NCBI GenBank assembly: GCA_965215335.1
Contig: CBDCDA010000001.1
Span: forward strand, 512,001 to 576,000
Direction of reading: 5' to 3'
Source of the DNA: an uncultured Candidatus Entotheonella sp.
GTDB taxonomy: Bacteria > Tectomicrobia > Entotheonellia > Entotheonellales > Entotheonellaceae
DNA length: 64,000 nt
Below are positions 47,718-56,871 of the stretch, piece after piece. A program made the translations under genes and the position numbers. Numbering within the stretch: position 1 is the first letter of the stretch; every line of letters starts with the position of its first letter. The notes under the pieces are model-generated. The model was not told the origin of the DNA. It made no database searches and was given only the letters and a program-made list of their open reading frames with translations.

Positions 47718-49127
47718 TTAGGCTGGCTCCAACAGAAACAGTTCCCGTAAGCCGCCTTTCAGTTTCAGCCGGTCGCGCACCGAGAAGCGTCTGCGAATCT
47801 CCATTTCGAAGTTCTCAGAAGTGTAATCCGCGTAGTCCGTTTGCTTGTTCTCAATCAGTTTCTGGAACATTTCATCATCGCGTCCGATAAACTCCAGGAT
47901 GCACGTCGCATCCAGGCTGCGGAGCCAGTCGACAAACGGCGGCAAGGGGATGTTGGCCGAAACGCGGAGATGATGGACCAAGGCCAGGCAGAAGACCAAG
48001 TCGGGACGAGCTCTCTGGTCAAAGGCCGCGCGCTCCCGTCCAGCCCAGCCCTGTCCCGGAGAAAGGTTCGCCAAGTCCATCACGAGGGGGATAAGGTTCT
48101 GCGGCCCGCCCGTCCGCGTCTCCCGGTAGAGCAATTCGACGGCGTCTTGATCGCCATCTACTGCGATGACCATGTCCGAGTGCTTGGCGGCGATGCGTGC
48201 GAACGTGCCGGTATTCGTGCCCAGGTCCCAGGTCAGGCCGGGGCGTCGCGTCGCGGTGTGCCGCAGCACAAAATCCGTCTTTCGCTCGAAGTCCACTGCA
48301 TCGTAGGAATGGCTCCCGGCGTATTGCGACCAGTCCGAACGCACCGGCCCATAGGACAGCCCGCCGATAAGCCGCCGCAAGCTGTCCAATAGCGCGAAAA
48401 GCATGGTCTTCGGCTGTCGCCGAGAGCGGCTGCTCGCCGGCCGGCGAACGCTGCTCTCGGCCTTGGCGGGAAACCAGATATACGACAGGACGCCGCGCTT
48501 GAAACACCGCAACCCGTAGAAGTACCGACTTGCTTCTTCTGGCGGGATACCCTCGAGACGCGAGCGGAGCAGCGGCTGGAACGGGATTCCCAGATGCGCC
48601 GTCAGCAGCAACGGCGTCAGGAAGGTCATGCAGAATTGACGATACCCCCGCCAGTATTCGCCGTCCCCCCAGGGAACGAACGACGGCAGGTCAATGAACA
48701 CCGGGCGCGCGCCTCCCATCCACTGCACATTGAACGGCGTCGCGTCCTTGAGCAGCCATCCATTCCTGGCTCCCATCTCCAGCACGTGCAATTGCAGCAG
48801 CGCCGCGTCCTTGAGCATCGAGAACGGCCACTCGTAGGGCCAGGTCACAAAATCCACAGATTCGTGCTCCACAGCGGCGCTCCAACCCTCTTTCATGACG
48901 CCTCGGGCGTTGGGGGATTCCGGGTCAAGCAGTTTGGTCGTCACCATCCGGCCGTTGGCGACCAGATCTCCGAAAAAGGGCTCGGCGAGCAGCTTCTCCA
49001 TAATCCCGGCGGCGGTGTGATTCAGCCCGCGAACGATGCGCTCGTCCCCATTGCCCAGGACAACCCGATACACCCGTCCGGCCGGGTCCTTGAACGACCC
49101 TCCGTCAGCCCTGAGCTTTTCTGTCAT
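47718..49127 (-). CDS. NoeA-like protein: N-terminal kinase-like domain plus C-terminal class I SAM methyltransferase
   Basis: SFKDPAGRV, LKDATPFN, VFIDL, WDLGTNTG, LALVHH; ATG 49127 preferred. Confidence 0.8.
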   Translation of the reverse strand: MTEKLRADGGSFKDPAGRVYRVVLGNGDERIVRGLNHTAAGIMEKLLAEPFFGDLVANGRMVTTKLLDPESPNARGVMKEGWSAAVEHESVDFVTWPYEWPFSMLKDAALLQLHVLEMGARNGWLLKDATPFNVQWMGGARPVFIDLPSFVPWGDGEYWRGYRQFCMTFLTPLLLTAHLGIPFQPLLRSRLEGIPPEEASRYFYGLRCFKRGVLSYIWFPAKAESSVRRPASSRSRRQPKTMLFALLDSLRRLIGGLSYGPVRSDWSQYAGSHSYDAVDFERKTDFVLRHTATRRPGLTWDLGTNTGTFARIAAKHSDMVIAVDGDQDAVELLYRETRTGGPQNLIPLVMDLANLSPGQGWAGRERAAFDQRARPDLVFCLALVHHLRVSANIPLPPFVDWLRSLDATCILEFIGRDDEMFQKLIENKQTDYADYTSENFEMEIRRRFSVRDRLKLKGGLRELFLLEPA

Positions 49128-49371
49128 CGGCCCATCCGTCCGTGGCGTCCGAAACATCACTATCCTCCGCCTTCCTGTCGCCACGGAAAACTTGGCGCTT
49201 CAAACGGCCAAGATATCCCCGGACGATATAGCCACCCGCCGCCAGAAAGCCCAGCACGGTAGTGATGATGAAGCCGGCGGAGCCGGGGTCGACGTAGGCA
49301 TGAGCAACGGCCGGCGTGGCGATAAACGTAATGGCGGCAATCAGCAGATCGCGTCGCGGTGGTCTACTCAT
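49105..49371 (-). CDS. Small membrane protein with AHA-YVDPGS motif (88 aa)
   Basis: AGGAG 7 nt before ATG 49371; MSRPPRRDLLIAAITFIATPAVAHAYVDPGSAGFIITTVLGFLAAGGYIVRGYLGRLK...; overlaps the start of the next gene. Confidence 0.78.
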   Translation of the reverse strand: MSRPPRRDLLIAAITFIATPAVAHAYVDPGSAGFIITTVLGFLAAGGYIVRGYLGRLKRQVFRGDRKAEDSDVSDATDGWADDRKAQG

Positions 49372-49493
49372 ACAGAAACTCCTTGTAGTCGAGAGCAATG
49401 GCGCTACCATGGCGGGTAGCGGCTGAGCCGTATGCCGGTAGGGATGCAGGAACCCAAAAGGGAGCTTTGGATGGCTCAGGTGGGCTCGCTTCG

Positions 49494-51455
49494 TCATTCT
49501 GCCCGTCTTGGAAGGGAAATTTGCGCCTTCCAGACCTTCCCCGCGCCAGGGATGTACTGGCCGGTCCTGATGCTGGTGATGTCGTAGTCGGGCAGGAGGG
49601 CCCTCGCCAAGCACACATCGTCGAATATCACGCCTTGTCGGTCGAAGTGGAAGTCCAGATTGTCAAAGCCGTACTGCCTGCGGTCGTCGGGCAAGTCCTC
49701 CATGCTCGCGGGAATCAGATGCAGAAAGAACACTGCCTCCGTGTCCGTCGTACGGGCGCACGGCTTCTTGACGTAGACCAGCACATTTTCGCTGAGATGT
49801 ACGTCAAAGGTGGAGCGGATTACCGGCTCGGCGGATAAGATTGACTGGTAGAAGGGGGCATTGGCCAATTCCGATACCGGTCCAAAGGGGTCCTTCGACT
49901 CATACAGAAACCACCTGTAGTCGAGATTCCTCCAAGAAATCGGGCCATACCCATGAAGTGCTCTTTTCCGCGGCTCAATGAGTGCGCTTTCCCCGCCGGA
50001 CAAACAGCGGAGCAAGGTGTGAAGCATGTCGAGAATGGTCATGTAGCCTTGGGTCGTCAAGACTTCATCGAACCAGGAGGCGCATGTATCACGAGGATAG
50101 ACAGCGCCTAAAACACCGTAATTGTCCTGGACGACGAACTTCGGATCATCCTTGAACTCTAGCCCCCGCGACACAAGAGGGCCGTGGTCGCCGTACACCA
50201 GGAGGATCGCATCGGGGTCTTTTCTTTCCAGGTGGCGGATGATGAGTTCCAGATAGCGGGCTGCTTTTTCGCTTCTCCTGATGTATTGCTCTATAAATCT
50301 TTCGAACTGCTCCACGTTGCCGTAGCGGAATGACCCGGCCGTGTGCCCCGGCACAGACAGGTGGGCCATCACGAATTGAGGCCCATCATTTTGGCCGCTC
50401 ACCTTGACAACCTGCTCGGCGGTCAGCCTTTGGAGGCCCCCGTATCTTCCGCCAAACAAGCGACAGTAGCCCCAGAAAGAGAGGTTTCGTATGCTGGTGT
50501 CCAACAGATTGCAGACGGTTTTCTTAGACGTGATATGGTAGTGATCAATGTAAGGGCCTTTGCGTTTCCCAAACAAGCGACTGAAATAGATCGAGCTCGT
50601 CTCGTAACCGTTGTCATGAAGGATGCTGAGCAGAGGACTCGGATTCTGACCGGAGAACAAGAACGGGTCAGGGTCCTTGCCATTCTCTCTCAGCTCCCTT
50701 CGCTGCGAGCGGTACACATTCACATCCAGCGCCAACAGCGAGTTGAGGGAATGCGTTGTATGGACAGAGTCGGCGAAGAAGTTGGGAAAGCGGCGCATCT
50801 TGGCCTCAACCAGGTCGTGAAACTCGGTGCTCTCCACGCCCGAGTATTTACTGAGCAGTGAGCGCGGGGCTATCGCATCGAAAGAGACGAAATACAGGTT
50901 CGGTGTCTCCTGAAAGGAGACGTGCCGAATATTCGTCGTGTCTCCCGACACCGGGGTCGGGGTACCGCCCACCAAGTCGCGGACCTCCATCCCGAGACTC
51001 AGCAATCCGAGACTCAGCAATGCCGCCGCCGAGAGCACGATGCCACCCCAGTGCCGCTCGTCGATGACACGGAAGGCTACGAACAGCGCCAAGCAGGCCG
51101 CGGCGCATAACAAGATGAGGACGGCCCTGTTTCCGGCAAGGTAGAAGAGGTCGGTGTGAATGACGTATGCTGTCGCAACGCCGGCCAGTACGACCAGCGA
51201 CAGGACCACGTTCGCTATGACCTCGGAGCGGAGCAAGAACAGCGCGGCCCACAGCAGGACGACGTTGACTGCCCCGCCAAACAGGATGATTTGCCTGAAG
51301 TCTAGCTCAGAAAAGGCCACCGCGGACGAGGTATAGGTGGCGGCGAAGGCTCCTCCGATGAGCAGCGCGGCGAATACAAACTTGTATATCTTTCGCTTAG
51401 GATTCAAGACCCTAACTTGAAAGAAGCCGGAAAAGGGCTGATCGTACTGGGACAA
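49494..51455 (-). CDS. Multi-TM protein with alkaline-phosphatase/sulfatase-superfamily domain and an extra C-terminal domain
   Basis: About 5 N-terminal TMs; PNLYFVSFD, FVMAH, LVYGDHG; AAGGAG upstream of the TTG start. Confidence 0.78.
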   Translation of the reverse strand: MSQYDQPFSGFFQVRVLNPKRKIYKFVFAALLIGGAFAATYTSSAVAFSELDFRQIILFGGAVNVVLLWAALFLLRSEVIANVVLSLVVLAGVATAYVIHTDLFYLAGNRAVLILLCAAACLALFVAFRVIDERHWGGIVLSAAALLSLGLLSLGMEVRDLVGGTPTPVSGDTTNIRHVSFQETPNLYFVSFDAIAPRSLLSKYSGVESTEFHDLVEAKMRRFPNFFADSVHTTHSLNSLLALDVNVYRSQRRELRENGKDPDPFLFSGQNPSPLLSILHDNGYETSSIYFSRLFGKRKGPYIDHYHITSKKTVCNLLDTSIRNLSFWGYCRLFGGRYGGLQRLTAEQVVKVSGQNDGPQFVMAHLSVPGHTAGSFRYGNVEQFERFIEQYIRRSEKAARYLELIIRHLERKDPDAILLVYGDHGPLVSRGLEFKDDPKFVVQDNYGVLGAVYPRDTCASWFDEVLTTQGYMTILDMLHTLLRCLSGGESALIEPRKRALHGYGPISWRNLDYRWFLYESKDPFGPVSELANAPFYQSILSAEPVIRSTFDVHLSENVLVYVKKPCARTTDTEAVFFLHLIPASMEDLPDDRRQYGFDNLDFHFDRQGVIFDDVCLARALLPDYDITSIRTGQYIPGAGKVWKAQISLPRRAE

Positions 51456-51492
51456 GGCCGTCTCTCCTTCGTATCATGGGGTCTTCGACCGT

Positions 51493-52375
51493 AAGAGTCT
51501 GATCCATAAGTGGTGAGTGGTCCCGACATGTGGTATTCCAAGTTGATAGCAACATTAGACTTGGAGGACCCATGCCTTGGAATAGGACCACTCGCAAGGA
51601 TTATACACGTGACGGCGGACGCTACGAAAGCGACGTGACAGACGAGGAATGGGCGATCATCGAACCCATGATCCCCAAGCAGGGACGTCTGGGGCGTCCA
51701 CGCAAGACAGACCCGCGCGAGGTCTTCAATGCTATCCAGTATGTGCTGGCCACGGGATGCCAGTGGCGGGTGCTACCGCGAGACTTTCCACCCCATTCGA
51801 CGGTCATGAAGGACTTCTACAGGTGGCAAGGCAGCGGTGTGTTCGACCGTATGATGGATGCGCTTCGTGAGCTTGCGCGGACTGAGGTGGGCCGCCGGGT
51901 CGAGCCGACGGCGGCGATTATCGACAGCCAGAGTGTGAAGACAACAGAGAGCGGCGGGCTACGCGGTTATGACGGCGGCAAGAAGGTTGTGGGCCGCAAG
52001 CGCCATCTGGCGGTTGATGTCGAAGGCTCTCCGATCGTGGTGGATGTCCACGCGGCGTCAGTGCAGGACCGGGACGGTGCGCCGGCTGTGATCATGGCGC
52101 TCCTGGATGTGGCTGTGTGCGTCGAGAAGCTCTTTGCCGATAGTGCCTATGCGGGTCCGAAGCTCCAGGATGCATTGAAGGAATTGGGTGTATCGGAGTT
52201 GATAGAGATCGTGCCCAAGCCTAAGGGGGTCAAGGGGTTTACGGTTTTGTCGCGTCGTTGGGTGGTGGAACGAACGTTCGCGTGGATGGGTCGTTGCCGT
52301 CGTCTGGCCAAGGATGTGGAGCGGACCCTGGCAAGTTCTCTGGCTTGGGTCAAGCTGGCCGGATGCCGGTTCAGG
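51493..52375 (+). mobile_element. IS5-family (IS1031-group-like) element, 3' end interrupted
   Basis: ATG 51572 after GGAGG; YESDVTDEEW, TGCQWR, IIDSQSVKT, GRKRH, RRWVVERTFAW; left boundary approximate. Confidence 0.85.
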
Positions 52376-53475
52376 GTAAGCGCATATGAGTATTGCCATG
52401 CGTCTGGTTCCAGCAGTTCCTCGAGTTACCCCTTGACATTCCGTCGCGGTAAGGGCTCGACCAAACCACCCTCGTCGGATTCACCCTTCCAAAGACCTGT
52501 CAGCAAGCAAGACAAGCCCCCAGGCAAACGGGGCGCACGAATGGGCCATCCTGGGTCAGGCTCCAGATTGCTCCGTCCCACCGAGCGGCGGGCCATCCAT
52601 CCCGGACCTTGTGCCTGCGGCCAGGGCGTACCTGGCCAGACAGCGCCGTATCACCTCCATCAGGTCATGGAGTTGCCACCCATGGCGTTGCACGTCACCC
52701 ACTGGGTCTTGCACCAAGGCCGATGTTCAGGCTGTGGCCGGCTGCTCAAGGCCCGCCTCCCCAAGGCGCAGCAAACCGGCTATGGCCCGCGTCTGACGGC
52801 CTTGATTGGCGAACTCAGTGCCATGCACCGCATCTCCCGGCGCGGCGTCCAGGATTTCTGTCGCTCGGTGTTGGGTGCGCCAATCAGCCTGGGGGCGATT
52901 CAGCGTCTCATCGACCGTGCCTCCCTGGCTATTGTGCCGCACGATGCGGCCATTGCTCGCTTGGCCCGCAAGGCACGGGTGGGCTACGTTGACGAGACGC
53001 CCTGGTACTGCCGCCATGCCTTGCAATGGCTCTGGAGCATGGTCACGGATACCGTCGCCCTGTACCGTATTCATTCCAAGCGTTCGCAGGAAGCCTTCGG
53101 GTCTTTGATCAAGGATTGGCGCGGCATCCTGGTCAGTGACGGCTACGGGGTGTATCAAGCCTGGGGCAATGCTCGTCAGACCTGCTTGGCGCATCTCATT
53201 CGCCGTGCCCGGGAGTTGTCGCAGCGACAGGTTCCTGGCCTTGCTGCCTGTGGCAAGGCGGTCTTGCAGGAACTCCAGCGTTTGTGTCAGATGGCTCACG
53301 CGCCGCCAAGTGGGGGGCAATGGCAGGCATGGTATGCGCGGTTGTGTCGTCTGATGAAACGCTATGGGCTGCGCCCTTTGGTTGACGCCATTGAGGCGTT
53401 CATGCACGATCGTCCGCCTGACCTCTCTTGGCTCTACGATAACCCCTCCCATTGCACGGCCCTCTGAACGCTTAC
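52376..53475 (+). mobile_element. Internally deleted IS66-family element
   Basis: Ends GTAAGCG.../...CGCTTAC; PPSSD, zinc-finger-like Cys, YGPRL, VDETPW, LVSDGY, QTCLAHLIR; C-terminal catalytic region shortened. Confidence 0.82.
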
Positions 53476-53640
53476 GCGGCAGTTCGGTTTGCGACAGCGA
53501 CTCAGGCGGTATCGACGGTTCCATTCGGGACTTCCTGAGAAGGGCAACGGGAGAGCGAAAAACGAGTGTGACCGTAGCCCATAATAGGGCCGTCATGCAA
53601 TAGATACCTGCACACTTGGCCCCCCCTGAACGCTTACCGA

Positions 53641-53745
53641 GGATTGGCGTCGCATCGCCACGCGCCATGACCGGTGTGCGCACCCCTTTTTCAGTGCCGT
53701 CTGCCTTGCTGCCACGGTCATCTCCTGATTATGAGTCCTGAGCCT
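53641..53745 (+). mobile_element. Right-end fragment of the same IS5/IS427-like element as at 45572-46328
   Basis: About 100 bp near-identical to about 46224-46328, same orientation, ending in IR TTATGAGTCCTGAGCCT. Confidence 0.88.
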
Positions 53746-54238
53746 AGCCATCCAGGCCAGCGGGAAAGCGGTCCAGGAACTCGTCGACCAGACGGCGATG
53801 ATCATCACCGGATACGACCGTGCTCAGAAGTCGTTCCGCAGCGGCGAGAGCCAAATCACTGGCAGTGCGTTTCAGATCTTGCACGGCAAGCTGTCTCTCT
53901 CTTTCGAGATCCTGGCGGGTCTCTTCCCGAAGCCGCATGGAATCCTGACGCGCCTGCTCAGCAAGAGAATCACGGAGGCGTTGGCCTTCCTCCTGCGCCT
54001 GCGCGAGAATACGGTTCGCTTGCCGGTTCGCCTCAGCCAGAATCTGCTGGTTCTGAGCCATCAGTTGTTCTGCGTCAAGACGCGCCTGCTCAGCTTTTTC
54101 AAGCGACTCGCGTATCGTCGTCTCGCGTTGTTCCAGAACCCCAAGCAACGGCTTCCAGGCCAACTTGCCCAGCACGGCCAACAGAATGACGAACGTGATG
54201 ATGGTCCAGATTAACAGTCCGGGTTCTATTGTCAGCAT
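53744..54238 (-). CDS. atpF: F0F1 ATP synthase subunit b
   Basis: PGLLIWTIITFVILL..L.KLAWKPLL..LEQRE..IRESL followed by a long coiled coil. Confidence 0.93.
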   Translation of the reverse strand: MLTIEPGLLIWTIITFVILLAVLGKLAWKPLLGVLEQRETTIRESLEKAEQARLDAEQLMAQNQQILAEANRQANRILAQAQEEGQRLRDSLAEQARQDSMRLREETRQDLERERQLAVQDLKRTASDLALAAAERLLSTVVSGDDHRRLVDEFLDRFPAGLDG

Positions 54239-54247
54239 GATGTGAGC

Positions 54248-54478
54248 TTACTTGAGTGCTAAGAGAAGACAAATGACTTCACCGAAAAGCGCCACACCTT
54301 CGATCAAAGCGCACGCGATAATCATCGAAGTCCTTACATCGCCTGCCGCTTGCGGGTTGCGCGCGCTGCCTTCCATGGCCGCCCCGGCAATACGACCAAT
54401 GCCGTAAGCCGCACCAACCGTTACCGCGCCCGCTCCAAAACCCGCTGCAAGATGTCCAAGATTGACAACGTCAGCCAT
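54248..54478 (-). CDS. atpE: F0F1 ATP synthase subunit c
   Basis: GxGxG helix, ARNP loop, ALIEG with the ion-binding Glu; GGAGAGAG RBS. Confidence 0.95.
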   Translation of the reverse strand: MADVVNLGHLAAGFGAGAVTVGAAYGIGRIAGAAMEGSARNPQAAGDVRTSMIIACALIEGVALFGEVICLLLALK

Positions 54479-54630
54479 AACAACTCTCTCCTCTCTTTAC
54501 TTAACTAATGAACAGCTCCAGGCCACCGGAACAACTGCGGCAGCCTGGTGCCACGCAGCGCATCGGGGGATCCCGAATACCCGATGCGGAAATCCTTGCC
54601 GAGCATAAGGCTCCTGAACGGTGCTTCTCC

Positions 54631-55953
54631 CTAGCTTTCGCCGCTCAGGCTGGCGAGATATTCGACGATACTCTCCAGTGCCTCCAGAGTTATGTGTTGA
54701 TAAAAACCCGCACTGGTCAGCGTTGCATGCATAACCCCAGGAGCATATGGGGGGTCGGCGGCGGCAATCACCTTATCGGGATCAAGAATTGATTCCCGAA
54801 TATAACCCTTATCTTCCCTCGCGCCAATATCCCACAAACTCGGACCCAGCGTGCGTTCCGGGCCATCAAGATTGTGACAAGCCATACATCCAACCGCTTG
54901 CACCAACTCTGCACCGCTCTTTCCAACCCAGGCAGGCACATTGCTCGCGACGGCTTGTCCGTTACCCTCAGCAGCCTCGGCAAAAGACTTCTGAGGCCAA
55001 TCCACCGACGCTTCTTTCAGACTCAAAAGGAAAATGACCACATCCCGCAGATCCTCATCATTGAACCCAAAGTCAGGCATGGCAACAACCGCCGCGGCGG
55101 GAGGTGCCGCATGATCGTCGCCGTTTTTTGCAGATGCGTTGCCCGGGGTGACCACAGGTGGCGGAGCCGGGCAGGACTCGGCGGCTGCATGGCTAAGATT
55201 CGCCTGCGGGCAACGGAGAGACTCCTTGAGGTAGCCAAAGCGTTCATGGTGGAACAACTCGGAATGGCCGGACTCATTAAAGAAGATCGAGCCTGCGATG
55301 CTGAGTTCGGGTGCCTGCTTCGCGCCGCCGTCAACGATGTAATGACACGTTCGACAGCCCTTCTCTTGCACCAACTGCCAACCCTTGTTCAGGTGCTCGG
55401 CTCCGGGGATGGGGGCCTCCATCACGTTGTGGCATTTTTGACAGGAAGCCTGGGTATATTCCAATGGCAGCATGGGTCGGCTCCAGCCCGAATGCTGCTC
55501 ATCGAAGGGACCAAATCGCTCATTGAGATCTTCCATGACGTGAGCCGCATGAACGGTTGTTGCGAACCCCTGACCTTCGTGACAAACGGCGCATCCAATC
55601 TCGCTAAAGATGTGCTGCTCAAAGTCGGGATGGAGGCGGAAAGGTTGAGGCACGTCGGTCATGCTGGGATTACTCACACCAAGGTGACAGGTCATGCAGC
55701 GGTCAATGATTTGCAACTTGGGTGTCCATACCTGCTTAATTTCGAGGGGCGTGGCGAGAATCCTTTGCCTTACTGCCGGATCATCCACCCGCTCCGCCAG
55801 CAGCCGATAATATTGACGCTGATACTTCTTCCACTCTGGCCCGTACTCGTTTGTTACGGTCCACATCAGCAGCAATAGCAATGCAAAGTTACCCAGAGCA
55901 AACCCTGCTGCCATGAAGGTATTGCTAAAGAGCTTTACCCTCTTTTCCGCCAT
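54631..55953 (-). CDS. Membrane-anchored pentaheme cytochrome c
   Basis: N-terminal TM; CMTCH, CAVCH, CQKCH, CRTCH, CMACH. Confidence 0.9.
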   Translation of the reverse strand: MAEKRVKLFSNTFMAAGFALGNFALLLLLMWTVTNEYGPEWKKYQRQYYRLLAERVDDPAVRQRILATPLEIKQVWTPKLQIIDRCMTCHLGVSNPSMTDVPQPFRLHPDFEQHIFSEIGCAVCHEGQGFATTVHAAHVMEDLNERFGPFDEQHSGWSRPMLPLEYTQASCQKCHNVMEAPIPGAEHLNKGWQLVQEKGCRTCHYIVDGGAKQAPELSIAGSIFFNESGHSELFHHERFGYLKESLRCPQANLSHAAAESCPAPPPVVTPGNASAKNGDDHAAPPAAAVVAMPDFGFNDEDLRDVVIFLLSLKEASVDWPQKSFAEAAEGNGQAVASNVPAWVGKSGAELVQAVGCMACHNLDGPERTLGPSLWDIGAREDKGYIRESILDPDKVIAAADPPYAPGVMHATLTSAGFYQHITLEALESIVEYLASLSGES

Positions 55954-55984
55954 GACGCTTTCCTTTCCGAACGACACATGCTGG

Positions 55985-56809
55985 CTAGATATTCAGATTG
56001 ATCGCAGGGATTTCCAGGATATATTTGACGTTGAAGAACAACCGCAGAACCATCTTGACCGGGATGCCGAGCATGGCCAGCAACAACAGCATCTCGATCG
56101 TATAAATGGTCGCACCCCGCTTCTCGTAGAATTCTTGCAGCACGTCACAGAACTTCCTGATCCAGGAGCCGGGTTTGGCTCTTGGACCGATCAAGTAGGG
56201 AATCGCCACGGGGAGGATGAGGCCAACGGCGGTGTAGCCAATTAAGAAGAGCGAGCCCCCGACCAGGCTCCAGCTGTGGGTGACGACGTGGGATTCCTTG
56301 TGGATTTCCCAACTCTCCCAGGGCCAATACCACTGCCAACTGGGGCCGCGAAAGAAATATCCGATAATAATCAGGAGGAACCAAAACACCGTTCCCAAGG
56401 AAAACACCCACACCGCGAACTTGCGATCCTTGTAGTTATACTCGCCAATACCATGGGTATTCTTGTCGATATATGGAATGGCCATGAGGCCCCCGAGAAT
56501 AAGACCCGGCAGCACCACACCGGCTATCCATGGGTCAAAATAAACCAGCAGTTCTTGCAACCCCACGAAATACCAAGGCGCCTTGGAGGGGTTGGGTGTT
56601 CTGTTAGGGTCGGCAATCGGCTCCAATGGCGCCGGGACGACCATGGACCAAACCCACAGGACGATCGTCGTCAAAAGAAAACAGATAACGATCGTATACA
56701 TGAAGTACGGCCATGTCAGCTCAAACCTCTCCGAACTGGCTGTCGGCACCGCTCGAGCCGCCCTTCTTATGGCCTGTTCGGTCTTCCCGCTTTTTTCGGT
56801 AATTGCCAT
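55985..56809 (-). CDS. Cytochrome b C-terminal subunit (subunit IV-like) with extra TMs
   Basis: APLEPIADPNRTPNPSKAPWYFVGLQELL, PYID, FFRGP. Confidence 0.88.
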   Translation of the reverse strand: MAITEKSGKTEQAIRRAARAVPTASSERFELTWPYFMYTIVICFLLTTIVLWVWSMVVPAPLEPIADPNRTPNPSKAPWYFVGLQELLVYFDPWIAGVVLPGLILGGLMAIPYIDKNTHGIGEYNYKDRKFAVWVFSLGTVFWFLLIIIGYFFRGPSWQWYWPWESWEIHKESHVVTHSWSLVGGSLFLIGYTAVGLILPVAIPYLIGPRAKPGSWIRKFCDVLQEFYEKRGATIYTIEMLLLLAMLGIPVKMVLRLFFNVKYILEIPAINLNI

Positions 56810-56871
56810 AACATCACCTTATTATCTGCGCAAAACGCATAATCTTCTGCCTGTCCGCCAGCCCTGACGCA

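Noticed and set aside
50992..51021. 15-bp tandem duplication CCGAGACTCAGCAAT x2
   Set aside because: In-frame LLSLG duplication in a TM segment; only two units, not an array.
45610..51413. 14-bp repeat GGATTCAAGACCCT at 45610 and 51400
   Set aside because: The second copy lies inside the coding start of a gene with a good RBS and the match does not extend; treated as chance.
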